Assembly: GCA_013388435.1 (NCBI GenBank)
Contig: JACAFE010000030.1
Location: 1-63,973 of the forward strand
Direction: 5' to 3'
DNA from: Nitrospirota bacterium
GTDB taxonomy: Bacteria; Nitrospirota; Thermodesulfovibrionia; Thermodesulfovibrionales; SM23-35
DNA length: 63,973 nucleotides
How positions within the stretch are numbered: position 1 is the stretch's first letter; each line of letters starts with the position of its first letter. The notes beneath the pieces are model-generated. The model did no database searches. It had not been told where the DNA came from and saw nothing but the letters and a program-made list of their open reading frames with translations. Shown piece after piece: positions 1 through 9,133 of the stretch. Made by a program: the position numbers and the translations under genes.

Positions 1-118
<118 letters not shown>

Positions 119-183
119 ATTTAGAATCTTTAAATTCACAAAGTTTGAACTGACTTAAGGGTGTGCTACGCACTTTTTTAGAT

Positions 184-196
184 TTTTCAAAGAACA
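184..196 (-). promoter_or_regulatory. rrn leader boxA antitermination element
   Basis: Minus strand TGTTCTTTGAAAA about 65 nt upstream of the 16S 5' end, matching the boxA consensus (TGCTCTTTAACA / GTTCTTTGAAAA). Confidence 0.65.
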
Positions 197-213
197 AATA
201 CTCAAGAGAAATT

Positions 214-243
214 ATGTTAACTTATATATTAAATTTTTGTCAA
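214..243 (-). promoter_or_regulatory. Candidate sigma70 rrn promoter, overlapping the 3' end of the RLP gene
   Basis: Minus strand TTGACA (243..238), 18-bp spacer, TAACAT (219..214), directly upstream of boxA. Confidence 0.5.
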
Positions 244-1479
244 GCTTGTTTTTAGAAATTTGTTATCCTTAGTTCCAAAGAAATCAAGAGCCTTTCTTAA
301 TTCAATATGTTCTTTGGAATACTCTTCTAAACTGACCCCTTTTATTACTGCATCCCATGCCTGCCTCATACTTCTTGCTCCGGCAAAAGGACCATCTGGA
401 TGTGAATAAATGCCTGAACCTGCGAGATGGATAAAATCATAGTGCCCGATTTTAGCTGCATTAACAGGAGCACTGGCCGCCCATTGTCCACCCGAGCTTA
501 CAGGCATTGCAGGTTTTATATTATGAAAATCTTTTATACATTCATTCATATTTAAGAGAACTTCGTCGTCATTTTCAAAAAGCTTACCCTGTATAGCACC
601 ACAATGAATCTGATCTGCTCCGCATAGTCTATAAAGTTTTGTAAGCAAAGGGAAGCTGATGTTAAAATGAGTATTTCTTGCTAATATTGCGGAAAATACC
701 CTGTGACAATGAATTGGTAATTCTGAATATTCTGCAAGTTCCCTCATGGCTTCGAATCCAACTGCTGCCGCATTAATCATTATACATTTTCCACCATTCT
801 CAACTACCGTATCATGTAGTTCTTTAAGTCTACTAAGTCTTCCAGTTACATTAAAGGCATACATCTTTTTTTCACCCGTTTCATCCTCAACCTGTTTTAT
901 CTTTTCTGTTACTTTTTTTACTCTTTCAGAAACAGTATTATAAGAAGCATCCGCAAGTAATTCATCATCCTTTATAAAATCAATACCTCCAGAGAATCCT
1001 TCATAAGCAAGTTCTGCCAATTGCCCGGCAGAGAGTCCGACACATGGCTTTATAATAGAACCAATTATAGGCCTTTCATAAATCTTTAGAATATCCCTGC
1101 ACCCTTTTATCCCGAATTTCGGTCCAATGAAATTGCTGAGATATGAAGAAGGGAATTCAATATCAAGTAATTTTATTGAAATGAAAATATTCATTTCATA
1201 TAATTCACCAGCAATGGTACTTAAAAGATTCGGGATATTAAAGCCAAAATTTACATAAGGAAACGCTATTTTAACAAAACCCGAATATTCCTTTTCTTTT
1301 TCCACATGAGAGATTTCAATTACTCTGGCTGCATATTTATAAAGAGTTGATTTAAAGCGTTCGCCGATTCCTGACCATACCCCTATTGATTGAAGTGCAG
1401 CTATAGTATCAGCCGCTTTTTCAAGTTCAATTCGGGTTTTAATATAATACCTTACCTCAATATGATTTTCAGAATACAT
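229..1479 (-). CDS. RuBisCO-like protein (form IV RLP), enolase/decarboxylase-type
   Basis: Motifs GGIDFIKDDE, IIKPCVGL, HCHR, IHCGAIQGKL, SSGG and HPDG. Several carboxylase residues are substituted (see findings). Confidence 0.88.
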   Translation of the reverse strand: MYSENHIEVRYYIKTRIELEKAADTIAALQSIGVWSGIGERFKSTLYKYAARVIEISHVEKEKEYSGFVKIAFPYVNFGFNIPNLLSTIAGELYEMNIFISIKLLDIEFPSSYLSNFIGPKFGIKGCRDILKIYERPIIGSIIKPCVGLSAGQLAELAYEGFSGGIDFIKDDELLADASYNTVSERVKKVTEKIKQVEDETGEKKMYAFNVTGRLSRLKELHDTVVENGGKCIMINAAAVGFEAMRELAEYSELPIHCHRVFSAILARNTHFNISFPLLTKLYRLCGADQIHCGAIQGKLFENDDEVLLNMNECIKDFHNIKPAMPVSSGGQWAASAPVNAAKIGHYDFIHLAGSGIYSHPDGPFAGARSMRQAWDAVIKGVSLEEYSKEHIELRKALDFFGTKDNKFLKTSLTKI

Positions 1480-1487
1480 TCAGATAC

Positions 1488-2741
1488 CTAAAAAAGTCTG
1501 ACTTCTACAATTTCATCTTTAATTATTCCTGTTTTGAATACAGGTATAATTACTATTCCATCAGCTTGAGTTAAAGTGGTAATAATTCCTGATTTTGCAA
1601 GTAATGGTACTGCGCACAATTCTCCGTTAATTTCTTCAAGTTTAACTGCAATATGTTCTTCTCTCCCGGGGCTTGAAGAAATATTACGGTTAATCTTTGC
1701 TTTTATGATTCTATTTCTTACAAAAGTTTTTTCCTTAACAGTTCCTGAAAGCTCCAAAATCAAAGGCTTTACAAAAATATTGAAGCATATTATTACAGCA
1801 CCAGGATGTCCGGGAAGTCCTAAAACCGGCACATTATCTATTATTCCACCTATTGTTGGTTTACCCGGCTTAAGTGTTACTCCGTGAAAAAGCACCCCTG
1901 GTGTTCCAATATCATTAATAACTTTTTCTGTTACATCTTTTGCGCCAACTGAACTTCCTCCGGAAATAATCACCATTGAAGATTCTTCAATAGATTCCTT
2001 CAGAACCTGATAAATTAGCTCATAATTATCTTTGAATATTCCTTTTCTTAAAGGAATGCCACCTGATTCCTCAATCAGACATGAAAGAGTATAGGTATTT
2101 ATATCTCTTACCTGCCCGGGTTTTACAGGCATTCCAGCAGGAACTATTTCATCCCCGGTTGAAATAATAGAAACAATGGGTTTTTCATAGACTTCCACCT
2201 CTTTTAAACCTATTCCAGCAAGTGCTCCTATATCCTGCGGCCTTAATCTATGACCTGTCTTAAAAATTACCTCTCCCTTTTTTGCGTCTTCTCCTGCCTG
2301 TATTACATTTTCTCCCGGTGAAACAGGTTTCAAAACTTCAAGTGTTTTTTCGTCTATATATTGAGTATATTCAAACATTACTACAGAGTCAGCACCAGAA
2401 GGTAACATTCCACCTGTGGAAATTTTCGCAACCTCGCCTCTCTTTAAAGCAAAATTCGGTTCTTCTCCCATCAATATCTCATTTACAATGTTCAGGTAAG
2501 CAGGCATACTTTCAGTAGCTCCAAATGTATCAGCAGCATTAACTGCAAATCCATCGACTGTTGACCTGTTAAACGCTGGTAGATTTTCAGGAGATATAAT
2601 ATCCTGAGAAGTTACTAAATTATATGCCTTTTCAATAGAAACCTTTTTTACTGCCGGCATTTTAAAAGGTACATATTGAAATAAAAGATATAAAGCCTTT
2701 TCAACAGTAATAAGTTCTTCTCTGCCAAGCATGTCTTTCAT
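1488..2741 (-). CDS. moeA: Molybdopterin molybdenumtransferase MoeA
   Basis: Motifs PAFNRSTVDGFAV, STGGMLPSGADSVVMFE, STGDE, SGGSSVG, KPGKP and GLPGHP. Confidence 0.93.
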   Translation of the reverse strand: MKDMLGREELITVEKALYLLFQYVPFKMPAVKKVSIEKAYNLVTSQDIISPENLPAFNRSTVDGFAVNAADTFGATESMPAYLNIVNEILMGEEPNFALKRGEVAKISTGGMLPSGADSVVMFEYTQYIDEKTLEVLKPVSPGENVIQAGEDAKKGEVIFKTGHRLRPQDIGALAGIGLKEVEVYEKPIVSIISTGDEIVPAGMPVKPGQVRDINTYTLSCLIEESGGIPLRKGIFKDNYELIYQVLKESIEESSMVIISGGSSVGAKDVTEKVINDIGTPGVLFHGVTLKPGKPTIGGIIDNVPVLGLPGHPGAVIICFNIFVKPLILELSGTVKEKTFVRNRIIKAKINRNISSSPGREEHIAVKLEEINGELCAVPLLAKSGIITTLTQADGIVIIPVFKTGIIKDEIVEVRLF

Positions 2742-2890
2742 TCTTTCACCTTTTTAACTTAATCCAGATAATACAAACATTGCTTTAAAATAAATTGTTT
2801 TTACATATCCGCTGTCCGTTTCAGTAAGAAAATGTTTTGATACATATTGCGGACAACTATTAACAGATAACGAATGTAACAGCACATTAA

Positions 2891-2930
2891 GGTATCGAAA
2901 AATAATTTGTTCGCAACATCTATATTCTTT
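2891..2930 (-). repeat. Dispersed short intergenic repeat, copy 1
   Basis: GGTATCGAAAAATAATTTGTTCGCAACATCTATATTCTTT aligns to 30560..30600 at about 34 of 41 positions (by eye). Confidence 0.65.
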
Positions 2931-3168
2931 TAATTTCATTATTTGGCTAATAATTTACAGTTTACATAAATTTATACAGTTTTTACAATTCATGTTTTAC
3001 TATGAATTAAACCAAGTAATACATTTTGAGGTTAATTTTCTTGCCAGATTTTTATATCAATTTACCTTTGTTATAAATTGTAAAATCATAGTATTTTTTA
3101 GTTATTCAGTAGTAGTCATAAAAATTATTTGATATACTTTATGTAAAATACATTTTAAAGGTGTATAA

Positions 3169-3804
3169 ATGGAAAAACTTTTTAAAGAAGCAGATATAAA
3201 GCTTCATGTTTCTGCTGAAGCATCAGATGAATACGAAATAAATAAGGATTTCATGCTTGATTTTGTAAATAATGAGATGTCAAAAAGAAAAGATTTAGTT
3301 CAACTAATTGGAGGGAATTCCTTGCAGATGATGTATGATAATCACAGAAATCATGTGCATTTCATGATTAATGTTTTTAAGTTTTCCCTTTTTGAAATGC
3401 TCGTAAGATTAGTGCCATGGGTTTACAAATCTTATCACAATCATGGTTTTTCTTATGAGTACTTCCCAGTTGAATTAAAAGCATGGAAGAATGCAGTTAA
3501 GAAGTTTCTTTCAAAATCTAATGCCTCTGAAATAATAAAAATTTATGACTGGCTTATCAATAAGCATAAAAAAATGATAGAGCTGTCAAAAAGACAAAGC
3601 GACTTTATCCTAAAAATAGAAGAAGAATGGAAAGATAAAAAGAATGAATTTCTGTCTTATATCATAGATGGTGATTTTGAGTCTGCTCTAAAATTCACAA
3701 ATAAAATTCTAAAATCATATAATGAAATGAGTTTTATAAAAAGAGCAGATGAAGCCCTTTATATAGCAAAAAGAAATGGCAGAAACCGTTGCGAAATAAT
3801 ATAA
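3169..3804 (+). pseudogene. Probable deletion chimera: helical globin-like sensor domain, start of a B12-binding cap, then the last 24 aa of a GGDEF domain
   Basis: N-terminus has MMYDNHRNH...WVYKSY...GFSYEYF...W, then FLSYIIDGDFESA. It ends abruptly in IKRADEALYIAKRNGRNR, the GGDEF C-terminal signature, with no GGDEF core. Confidence 0.5.
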
Positions 3805-3907
3805 ATAAAGATTTTATATTTAAAATCAAGTTATAGATAGCGTCGGTATCAGATATTGAGAATTAACTATAAATTTATTCGTATAATTATCTTTTACATA
3901 TACAACA

Positions 3908-3958
3908 GACACGTAAAACGAATTTATTTTGAGCAACACCTGTATTATTTGGGTTAAT
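3908..3958 (-). repeat. Dispersed short intergenic repeat, copy 2 (begins at the pth stop codon)
   Basis: Aligns to 51284..51335 with about 10 mismatches and 1 gap over 52 nt (by eye). Confidence 0.65.
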
Positions 3959-4505
3959 TAAAGCGGTTCATTGCTTTATCAACACCCTCAGTAATAATTG
4001 TTGTAATTGCTTCTGCAGCTATAGTGATAGCATTTTTTATTACTTGCAATTCATCTTTATTAAATTTTGAGAGAACATATTTTTCAGCAGATACTCCGGG
4101 TTCTCTTCCTATTCCAATTCTTACTCTTATGAAATCTTTTGTTCCAATATTATCAATTATTGATTGAACTCCTTTATGCCCGCCTGATGAACCTGTTTTT
4201 CTAATCCTAATTTTACCGGTTTCCATATCAAGGTCATCATAAACCACAATCATATCTTGAGTCTGTACAGGATATTTTTTAAAGATATTACTTATAGCTA
4301 CACCGCTAAGGTTCATATAAAGGAGGGGTTCTACAAGCAGAATTTGTTTATCTCCAATAAAACACTTTCCAATACGATATTCTTTTTTATCTGTGAATTC
4401 TATATTGTATCGGTCAGCAAGCTCATCCAGAACCATAAACCCTATGTTATGTCGGGTTCTTGAATATTTTCTACCAGGATTTCCAAGACCTGTAATTAAC
4501 CACAT
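3954..4505 (-). CDS. pth: Peptidyl-tRNA hydrolase
   Basis: Motifs GLGNPG, TRHNIGF, YMNLSG, DDLD and GGHKG. Confidence 0.96.
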   Translation of the reverse strand: MWLITGLGNPGRKYSRTRHNIGFMVLDELADRYNIEFTDKKEYRIGKCFIGDKQILLVEPLLYMNLSGVAISNIFKKYPVQTQDMIVVYDDLDMETGKIRIRKTGSSGGHKGVQSIIDNIGTKDFIRVRIGIGREPGVSAEKYVLSKFNKDELQVIKNAITIAAEAITTIITEGVDKAMNRFN

Positions 4506-4518
4506 GTATAATTACCGC

Positions 4519-4543
4519 ATGGGCAGGGTTCAAACCTGCCCAT
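4519..4543. other. GC-rich inverted repeat without a U-tract between rplY and pth (REP-like hairpin)
   Basis: ATGGGCAGG-GTTCAAA-CCTGCCCAT forms a perfect 9-bp stem. Confidence 0.6.
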
Positions 4544-4556
4544 ACATAATATACTA

Positions 4557-5219
4557 CTATTTCTCTTCCTCTGCTTCTTCTTTTTTGCCTTTTTTAATTA
4601 CCTCTGGTTCAGCAGTTGTTTCTGCAGCAGCAACCTCCTCCGCTGGTTTAGCAACTTCTTCTATAACTGGAGCAACAACATTTGCTATAACTCCATCCGG
4701 GTCAGTAAGTATTCTTATTTCTTCATCGATTTTTATATCAGAAACATGAAAAGATTGTCCGATTCCAAGATTTGATATATCTACTTCGATATGCCCTGGT
4801 ATTTTGTCAGGCAGACATTCAACCTCGATTTCTCTTAAAACATGCTGTAAAACTCCACCATCTCTTTTTACACCTATGGGTTCTCCAACTGTAGTAACAT
4901 GTACACTTACTTTAACTTTCTCTGTAAGAGAAACTTCAAAGAAATCAGCATGTAATAAATTTCTCTTAACAGGGTCAACCTGATAATCTTTCATTAAAGC
5001 AAACTTATTTTCTCCATCTGAAAACTGAAGCTTTACCATAACCTGTTCACCGGCAGTAGTGTTTATAAATTTGGTAATCTCTGTCTTTGGTATTTTTATA
5101 GGCATTGATTCTCCGCCTCTATAAATCACTGCTGGTATCATATCATTTCTTCTGAGAGACCTTGCTGCTCCTTTACCTTTTATATCTCTCCTATCAACAT
5201 TAATTGTAATCGTCTCCAT
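4557..5219 (-). CDS. rplY: 50S ribosomal protein L25 (long CTC form)
   Basis: Motifs KGAARSLRR, IPAVIY, HADF and GGVL, plus an acidic C-terminal tail. Confidence 0.95.
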   Translation of the reverse strand: METITINVDRRDIKGKGAARSLRRNDMIPAVIYRGGESMPIKIPKTEITKFINTTAGEQVMVKLQFSDGENKFALMKDYQVDPVKRNLLHADFFEVSLTEKVKVSVHVTTVGEPIGVKRDGGVLQHVLREIEVECLPDKIPGHIEVDISNLGIGQSFHVSDIKIDEEIRILTDPDGVIANVVAPVIEEVAKPAEEVAAAETTAEPEVIKKGKKEEAEEEK

Positions 5220-5235
5220 ATTTTATCCTCCTTCT

Positions 5236-6180
5236 TTATACAAAAAGCGAACTTATTGATGTTTCTTCGTGTATTCTTTTTATTGCTTCACCTATAAGTG
5301 GAGCTATACTAAGAACTGTTAATTTTTTGCATTTCTCGGTCCTGCTATTCATAGGTATTGTGTTTGTGACAATAAGCTCCTGCAATAAGGAATTATTGAC
5401 TTTATCAACAGCATTACCTGAAAGAACAGCATGTGTACATGCAGCGACAACACTCTTAGCTCCTTTCTCAATAAGAGCTGTAGCTGCCTGAATTGTAGTT
5501 CCACCTGTATCAACCATATCATCAAGTATAATCGTGTCCTTACCTTTTACATCGCCAATTACATTCATTATTTGTGAGACATTCGCTGCTTCACGCCTTT
5601 TATCTATAATTGCGATTGAACACTCGAGTTTTTTTGCAAAAGCTCTCGCTCTTTCAACACCACCTGCATCAGGAGATACAATAATCAAATTATTTAAATT
5701 ATATTTTTTCCTCACATATTCAAAGAGAACCGGAGCTGCATAAAGATTGTCAACCGGGATATTAAAGAAACCCTGTATTTGAGCTGCGTGAAGATCCATT
5801 GTGAGAATTCTGTTCGTTCCGGCAGCTGTAATAAGATCCGCCACAAGTTTTGCTGAAATAGGAACACGAGGCTGTACTTTTCTGTCCTGTCTCGCATATC
5901 CATAATATGGAATTACTGCAGTTATTCTTCTTGCAGATGCTCTTTTAAGAGCATCAATCATCAACAGAATTTCCATAAGATTTTTATTAACAGGCATACA
6001 TGTTGGCTGAAGCACAAAAACATCAGCACCCCTGACATTTTCATTGATGTGAACACTTATTTCTCCGTCGCTGAATTCTGTCACCGTGGCATCAGACACG
6101 GGTATATTGAGATAATTTGCTATTTCCTTTGCAAGTTCTTTGTGTGCATTCCCTGTAAAAAATTTAATTCCCTCTGGCAT
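5236..6180 (-). CDS. prs: Ribose-phosphate pyrophosphokinase
   Basis: Motifs [26 protein letters not shown] and DDMVDTGGT. Confidence 0.97.
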   Translation of the reverse strand: MPEGIKFFTGNAHKELAKEIANYLNIPVSDATVTEFSDGEISVHINENVRGADVFVLQPTCMPVNKNLMEILLMIDALKRASARRITAVIPYYGYARQDRKVQPRVPISAKLVADLITAAGTNRILTMDLHAAQIQGFFNIPVDNLYAAPVLFEYVRKKYNLNNLIIVSPDAGGVERARAFAKKLECSIAIIDKRREAANVSQIMNVIGDVKGKDTIILDDMVDTGGTTIQAATALIEKGAKSVVAACTHAVLSGNAVDKVNNSLLQELIVTNTIPMNSRTEKCKKLTVLSIAPLIGEAIKRIHEETSISSLFV

Positions 6181-6331
6181 TCCATCTCCTTTTATAAAAA
6201 GAATAATTCGAACCAGTATAAAATCAAAGTTTTATTATTGAAAACTGCTCACAGCCTTTTTCTATTAATAAATATTTTATATTCCTTTATCATCAAAATA
6301 TAGCTTCAATAAAAATAAATTATTTCCTTCA

Positions 6332-6406
6332 TGGCTGGGGCGGGAGGATTCGAACCTCCAGATGGGAGATCCAAAGTCTCCTGACTTGCCGTTTGTCGAC
6401 GCCCCA
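6332..6406 (-). tRNA. tRNA-Gln(TTG)
   Basis: TGGGGCG/CGCCCCA acceptor stem, GGAGA-CTTTGGA-TCTCC anticodon arm, GGAGG-TTCGAAT-CCTCC T arm and encoded CCA. Usual ispE-tRNA-Gln-prs context. Confidence 0.96.
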
Positions 6407-6482
6407 AATCTTCAATATTAAAACCAAAACATACATCTAATATACAATTCTTTACCAAGCATCTTGAATTTTTACTTAATTT

Positions 6483-7322
6483 TCAAATCAGGGTCTTAAC
6501 AATCCTGCGCCATTCGGAATCAAATCTTTCAGAAGCTTTTTCCGCCATTTCAATATCATGAAAAACTCCGTACACAGAAGAACCACTGCCTGTCATGGAT
6601 GAAAAAAGCGCACCTGATTCAATCAAATTTTCCTTCAATTCCTTTACAACAGGATAGCTTGAAATGACCGCTGGTTCAAGTTCATTATCAGTCAAAGTCG
6701 CTAATCTTGCAAAATCTCTATCATTCAAAGCCTGAATTAACAGTTTAATATCAATATTTTTTTTTGTCAACTTTGTATTTTTATCAAAAGCTGAATAAGC
6801 CCAAGCGGTTGATATAGACAAAGAAGGTTTAACAATAAGCAATATCAATGTCCCTTTCATATCTACTGGTGTAACTTTTTCTCCGAATCCTTCGACCAAT
6901 GCGATATTTCCTGCCAGAAAAAAGGGGACGTCAGAGCCGAGTTTAAAGGATAATTCCATTAATTCTTTATTTCTAATACCAATGCTCCATAATTTGTTTA
7001 AGCCAATTAGGGTATGTGCAGCATCGCTACTTCCACCGCCGAGTCCGGCAGCTATAGGTATATTTTTTTTCAAAAAAATCCTTGCACCTTTTCTGATTGA
7101 ATATGCTTTCTTTAAAAGCATTGCAGCCTTATAAATATAATTTTCTTCAAGAGGTATATTTAAATCAGAAATAACCTCAATTTTTTCGGCAGGCTCAAAT
7201 TCTAAAATATCATAAAGGGAAATACACTGCATAAGTGTAATTAAAGAATGATAACCGTCTTCTCTTTTACCGGTAATCTTGAGAAACCAATTAATTTTTG
7301 CCGGCGCTTCTATTCTGAGCAT
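6483..7322 (-). CDS. ispE: 4-diphosphocytidyl-2-C-methyl-D-erythritol kinase
   Basis: Motifs APAKIN, KNIPIAAGLGGGSSDAA, LGSDVPFF and MTGSGS. Confidence 0.96.
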   Translation of the reverse strand: MLRIEAPAKINWFLKITGKREDGYHSLITLMQCISLYDILEFEPAEKIEVISDLNIPLEENYIYKAAMLLKKAYSIRKGARIFLKKNIPIAAGLGGGSSDAAHTLIGLNKLWSIGIRNKELMELSFKLGSDVPFFLAGNIALVEGFGEKVTPVDMKGTLILLIVKPSLSISTAWAYSAFDKNTKLTKKNIDIKLLIQALNDRDFARLATLTDNELEPAVISSYPVVKELKENLIESGALFSSMTGSGSSVYGVFHDIEMAEKASERFDSEWRRIVKTLI

Positions 7323-7358
7323 AATATTTCAGTTTTTTTATTTATCTACAAATTTTAT

Positions 7359-7394
7359 TTAAGAATAGCGCAGATATTGCGAGAAATTTTATTT
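7359..7394 (+). repeat. Dispersed short intergenic repeat, copy 3
   Basis: AATAGCGCAGATATTGCGAGAAATTTTATTT differs from the reverse complement of copy 4 (AATAACGCAGAGGTTGCGAAAAAATTTATTT) at 5 of 31 positions. Confidence 0.6.
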
Positions 7395-9095
7395 CTATTT
7401 ATTTTTTATACTTTCGATTTTCCTGCTAACTCTGTCTTTTAACCCTTCATCTTCACTTTCTGTTTCCGACTCGAGTGATTTAAGGTAATACTCGATTGCC
7501 TTATCCCTGTTCCCAAAGGCAATGTAAACATCACCGATATGTTCCATTATAACAGCATCATTTTTTGTAAGTTCTGCTGCCTTAAGAAGAAACTCGAGAG
7601 CTTCTTCTTTTTTGCCAAGTTTAAAATATATCCAGCCGAGACTATCAAGAATATATCCGCTTTCAGGCTTGATTTCAAGAGCTTTTTTCACAAGCCCGAG
7701 AGCTTCCTCAAGATTTATACCTCTTTCAGCATAACTATATCCCATATAATTTAATGCTTCAGCATGTTTTGGATTCAGTTCAATAGTCTTTTTCAGATAC
7801 TTCACCATTTCATCAAACCTGTTTGTTTTTTCCATTACAACAGCAAGATTAAAGTATAGATCATCATTCTTATCAAACCTCTCTAAAGCTTTTCTAATAA
7901 TTTCTTCTGCATTCTGATAATCTTTCTTTTTTATATAAGAAGAAGATAAATATAAATAAATTTCAGGTTTATCTTTCTCAAAATCCAGAATTTCCTGATA
8001 AACTTTAATTGCTTCATCTTCTTTATCTGTCTTATTGTAAATAATCCCGAGATGCAAAAATGCTCCAAGATGTTTTGGGTCTGCCTGTATAATTTTTCTG
8101 AGTTCGGAAATAGCTTCTGTGTATCTTTCCATTTCTTCAAGAGCAAGGGCAAGGTAATATCTGATCGAAATATTCTCGGGTCTATCCTGAAGAACTATTC
8201 TGAATTCTTCTATAGCTTTATCATATTGTTTATCTTCAAAATATAAAACCCCGAGATTTATATGAATATCAATATTAATTGGGATTTGATTGCTTATTTC
8301 TTCATATTGTTCAATTGCCTTTCCAGTATCTTTTTGTTTGAAATATATCTGTCCAAGACGTTCTCTCGCCTGAAGATTATGTGGATTCAATAAAATTGCT
8401 CTATTATAATTTTCGACTGCCTTTTCCATTTCATCTTTTTGTTCAAATATTAAGCCAAGATTATAATATGCTGCATCAAAATTCGGTCTCTGTTCAGCAG
8501 CCATATTGAAATACTTTATAGCTTCATCTAAATCTCCCTTTTCAGTTAAAAGAACCCCAAGATAATAAATTGCCATCAGATTATCAGGTGAAGATTTAAC
8601 AAGTTTTTCAAGTATTTCTACAGCCTCATTATATTCTTTCCGAGATGCGTAAAGAAGACTCAGGAAAAGAGAAGCTTCCTGATTATCAGGCTGTATTCTT
8701 AAAACTTTTTTGTACACTGTAATTGCATCAACAGTTTTTTTCTGACTGTTATACAATTCTCCGAGAAACATAAGGGCAGGGACATATTTAGGGTCGCTTC
8801 TAAGAATATCCTCTGCAAGCGATATAGCTTCTTCAATATCCCCTGTTCTTAAAAGGACAGAGCTTAATAACATTTTGATATGAGAAGATGCTGTATCATA
8901 ACTTAAAGCTTTATTGTAATAATCAATAGCCTTTTCCCATTTACCCTCCCTCTCAGCATCATATCCAAGAATCAAATAATAATAGACTTCGGAATTAGAA
9001 ACATCTATTTTGGGCTCAAAAGCTGAAAGATTTGTAGTCCTGAAAAAAATAATTGCGGCAAATGTTACAAAAATCAAAATAATTCTTCTTTTCAT
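7395..9095 (-). CDS. Exported multi-TPR protein
   Basis: Signal-peptide-like N-terminus and many TPR units (A.Y.LG..Y). Ends with ALNYMGYSYAE...YILDSLGWIYFK, as in TPR proteins commonly found upstream of ispE. Confidence 0.85.
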   Translation of the reverse strand: MKRRIILIFVTFAAIIFFRTTNLSAFEPKIDVSNSEVYYYLILGYDAEREGKWEKAIDYYNKALSYDTASSHIKMLLSSVLLRTGDIEEAISLAEDILRSDPKYVPALMFLGELYNSQKKTVDAITVYKKVLRIQPDNQEASLFLSLLYASRKEYNEAVEILEKLVKSSPDNLMAIYYLGVLLTEKGDLDEAIKYFNMAAEQRPNFDAAYYNLGLIFEQKDEMEKAVENYNRAILLNPHNLQARERLGQIYFKQKDTGKAIEQYEEISNQIPINIDIHINLGVLYFEDKQYDKAIEEFRIVLQDRPENISIRYYLALALEEMERYTEAISELRKIIQADPKHLGAFLHLGIIYNKTDKEDEAIKVYQEILDFEKDKPEIYLYLSSSYIKKKDYQNAEEIIRKALERFDKNDDLYFNLAVVMEKTNRFDEMVKYLKKTIELNPKHAEALNYMGYSYAERGINLEEALGLVKKALEIKPESGYILDSLGWIYFKLGKKEEALEFLLKAAELTKNDAVIMEHIGDVYIAFGNRDKAIEYYLKSLESETESEDEGLKDRVSRKIESIKNK

Positions 9096-9133
9096 AATAT
9101 AAATTATGACATAAAGATAAGATTCTTAACAAT

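Noticed and set aside
229-1479. Bona fide CO2-fixing RuBisCO
   Set aside because: E60, T65, N123 and K177 equivalents are substituted, and there is no rbcS, prk or cbb gene nearby.
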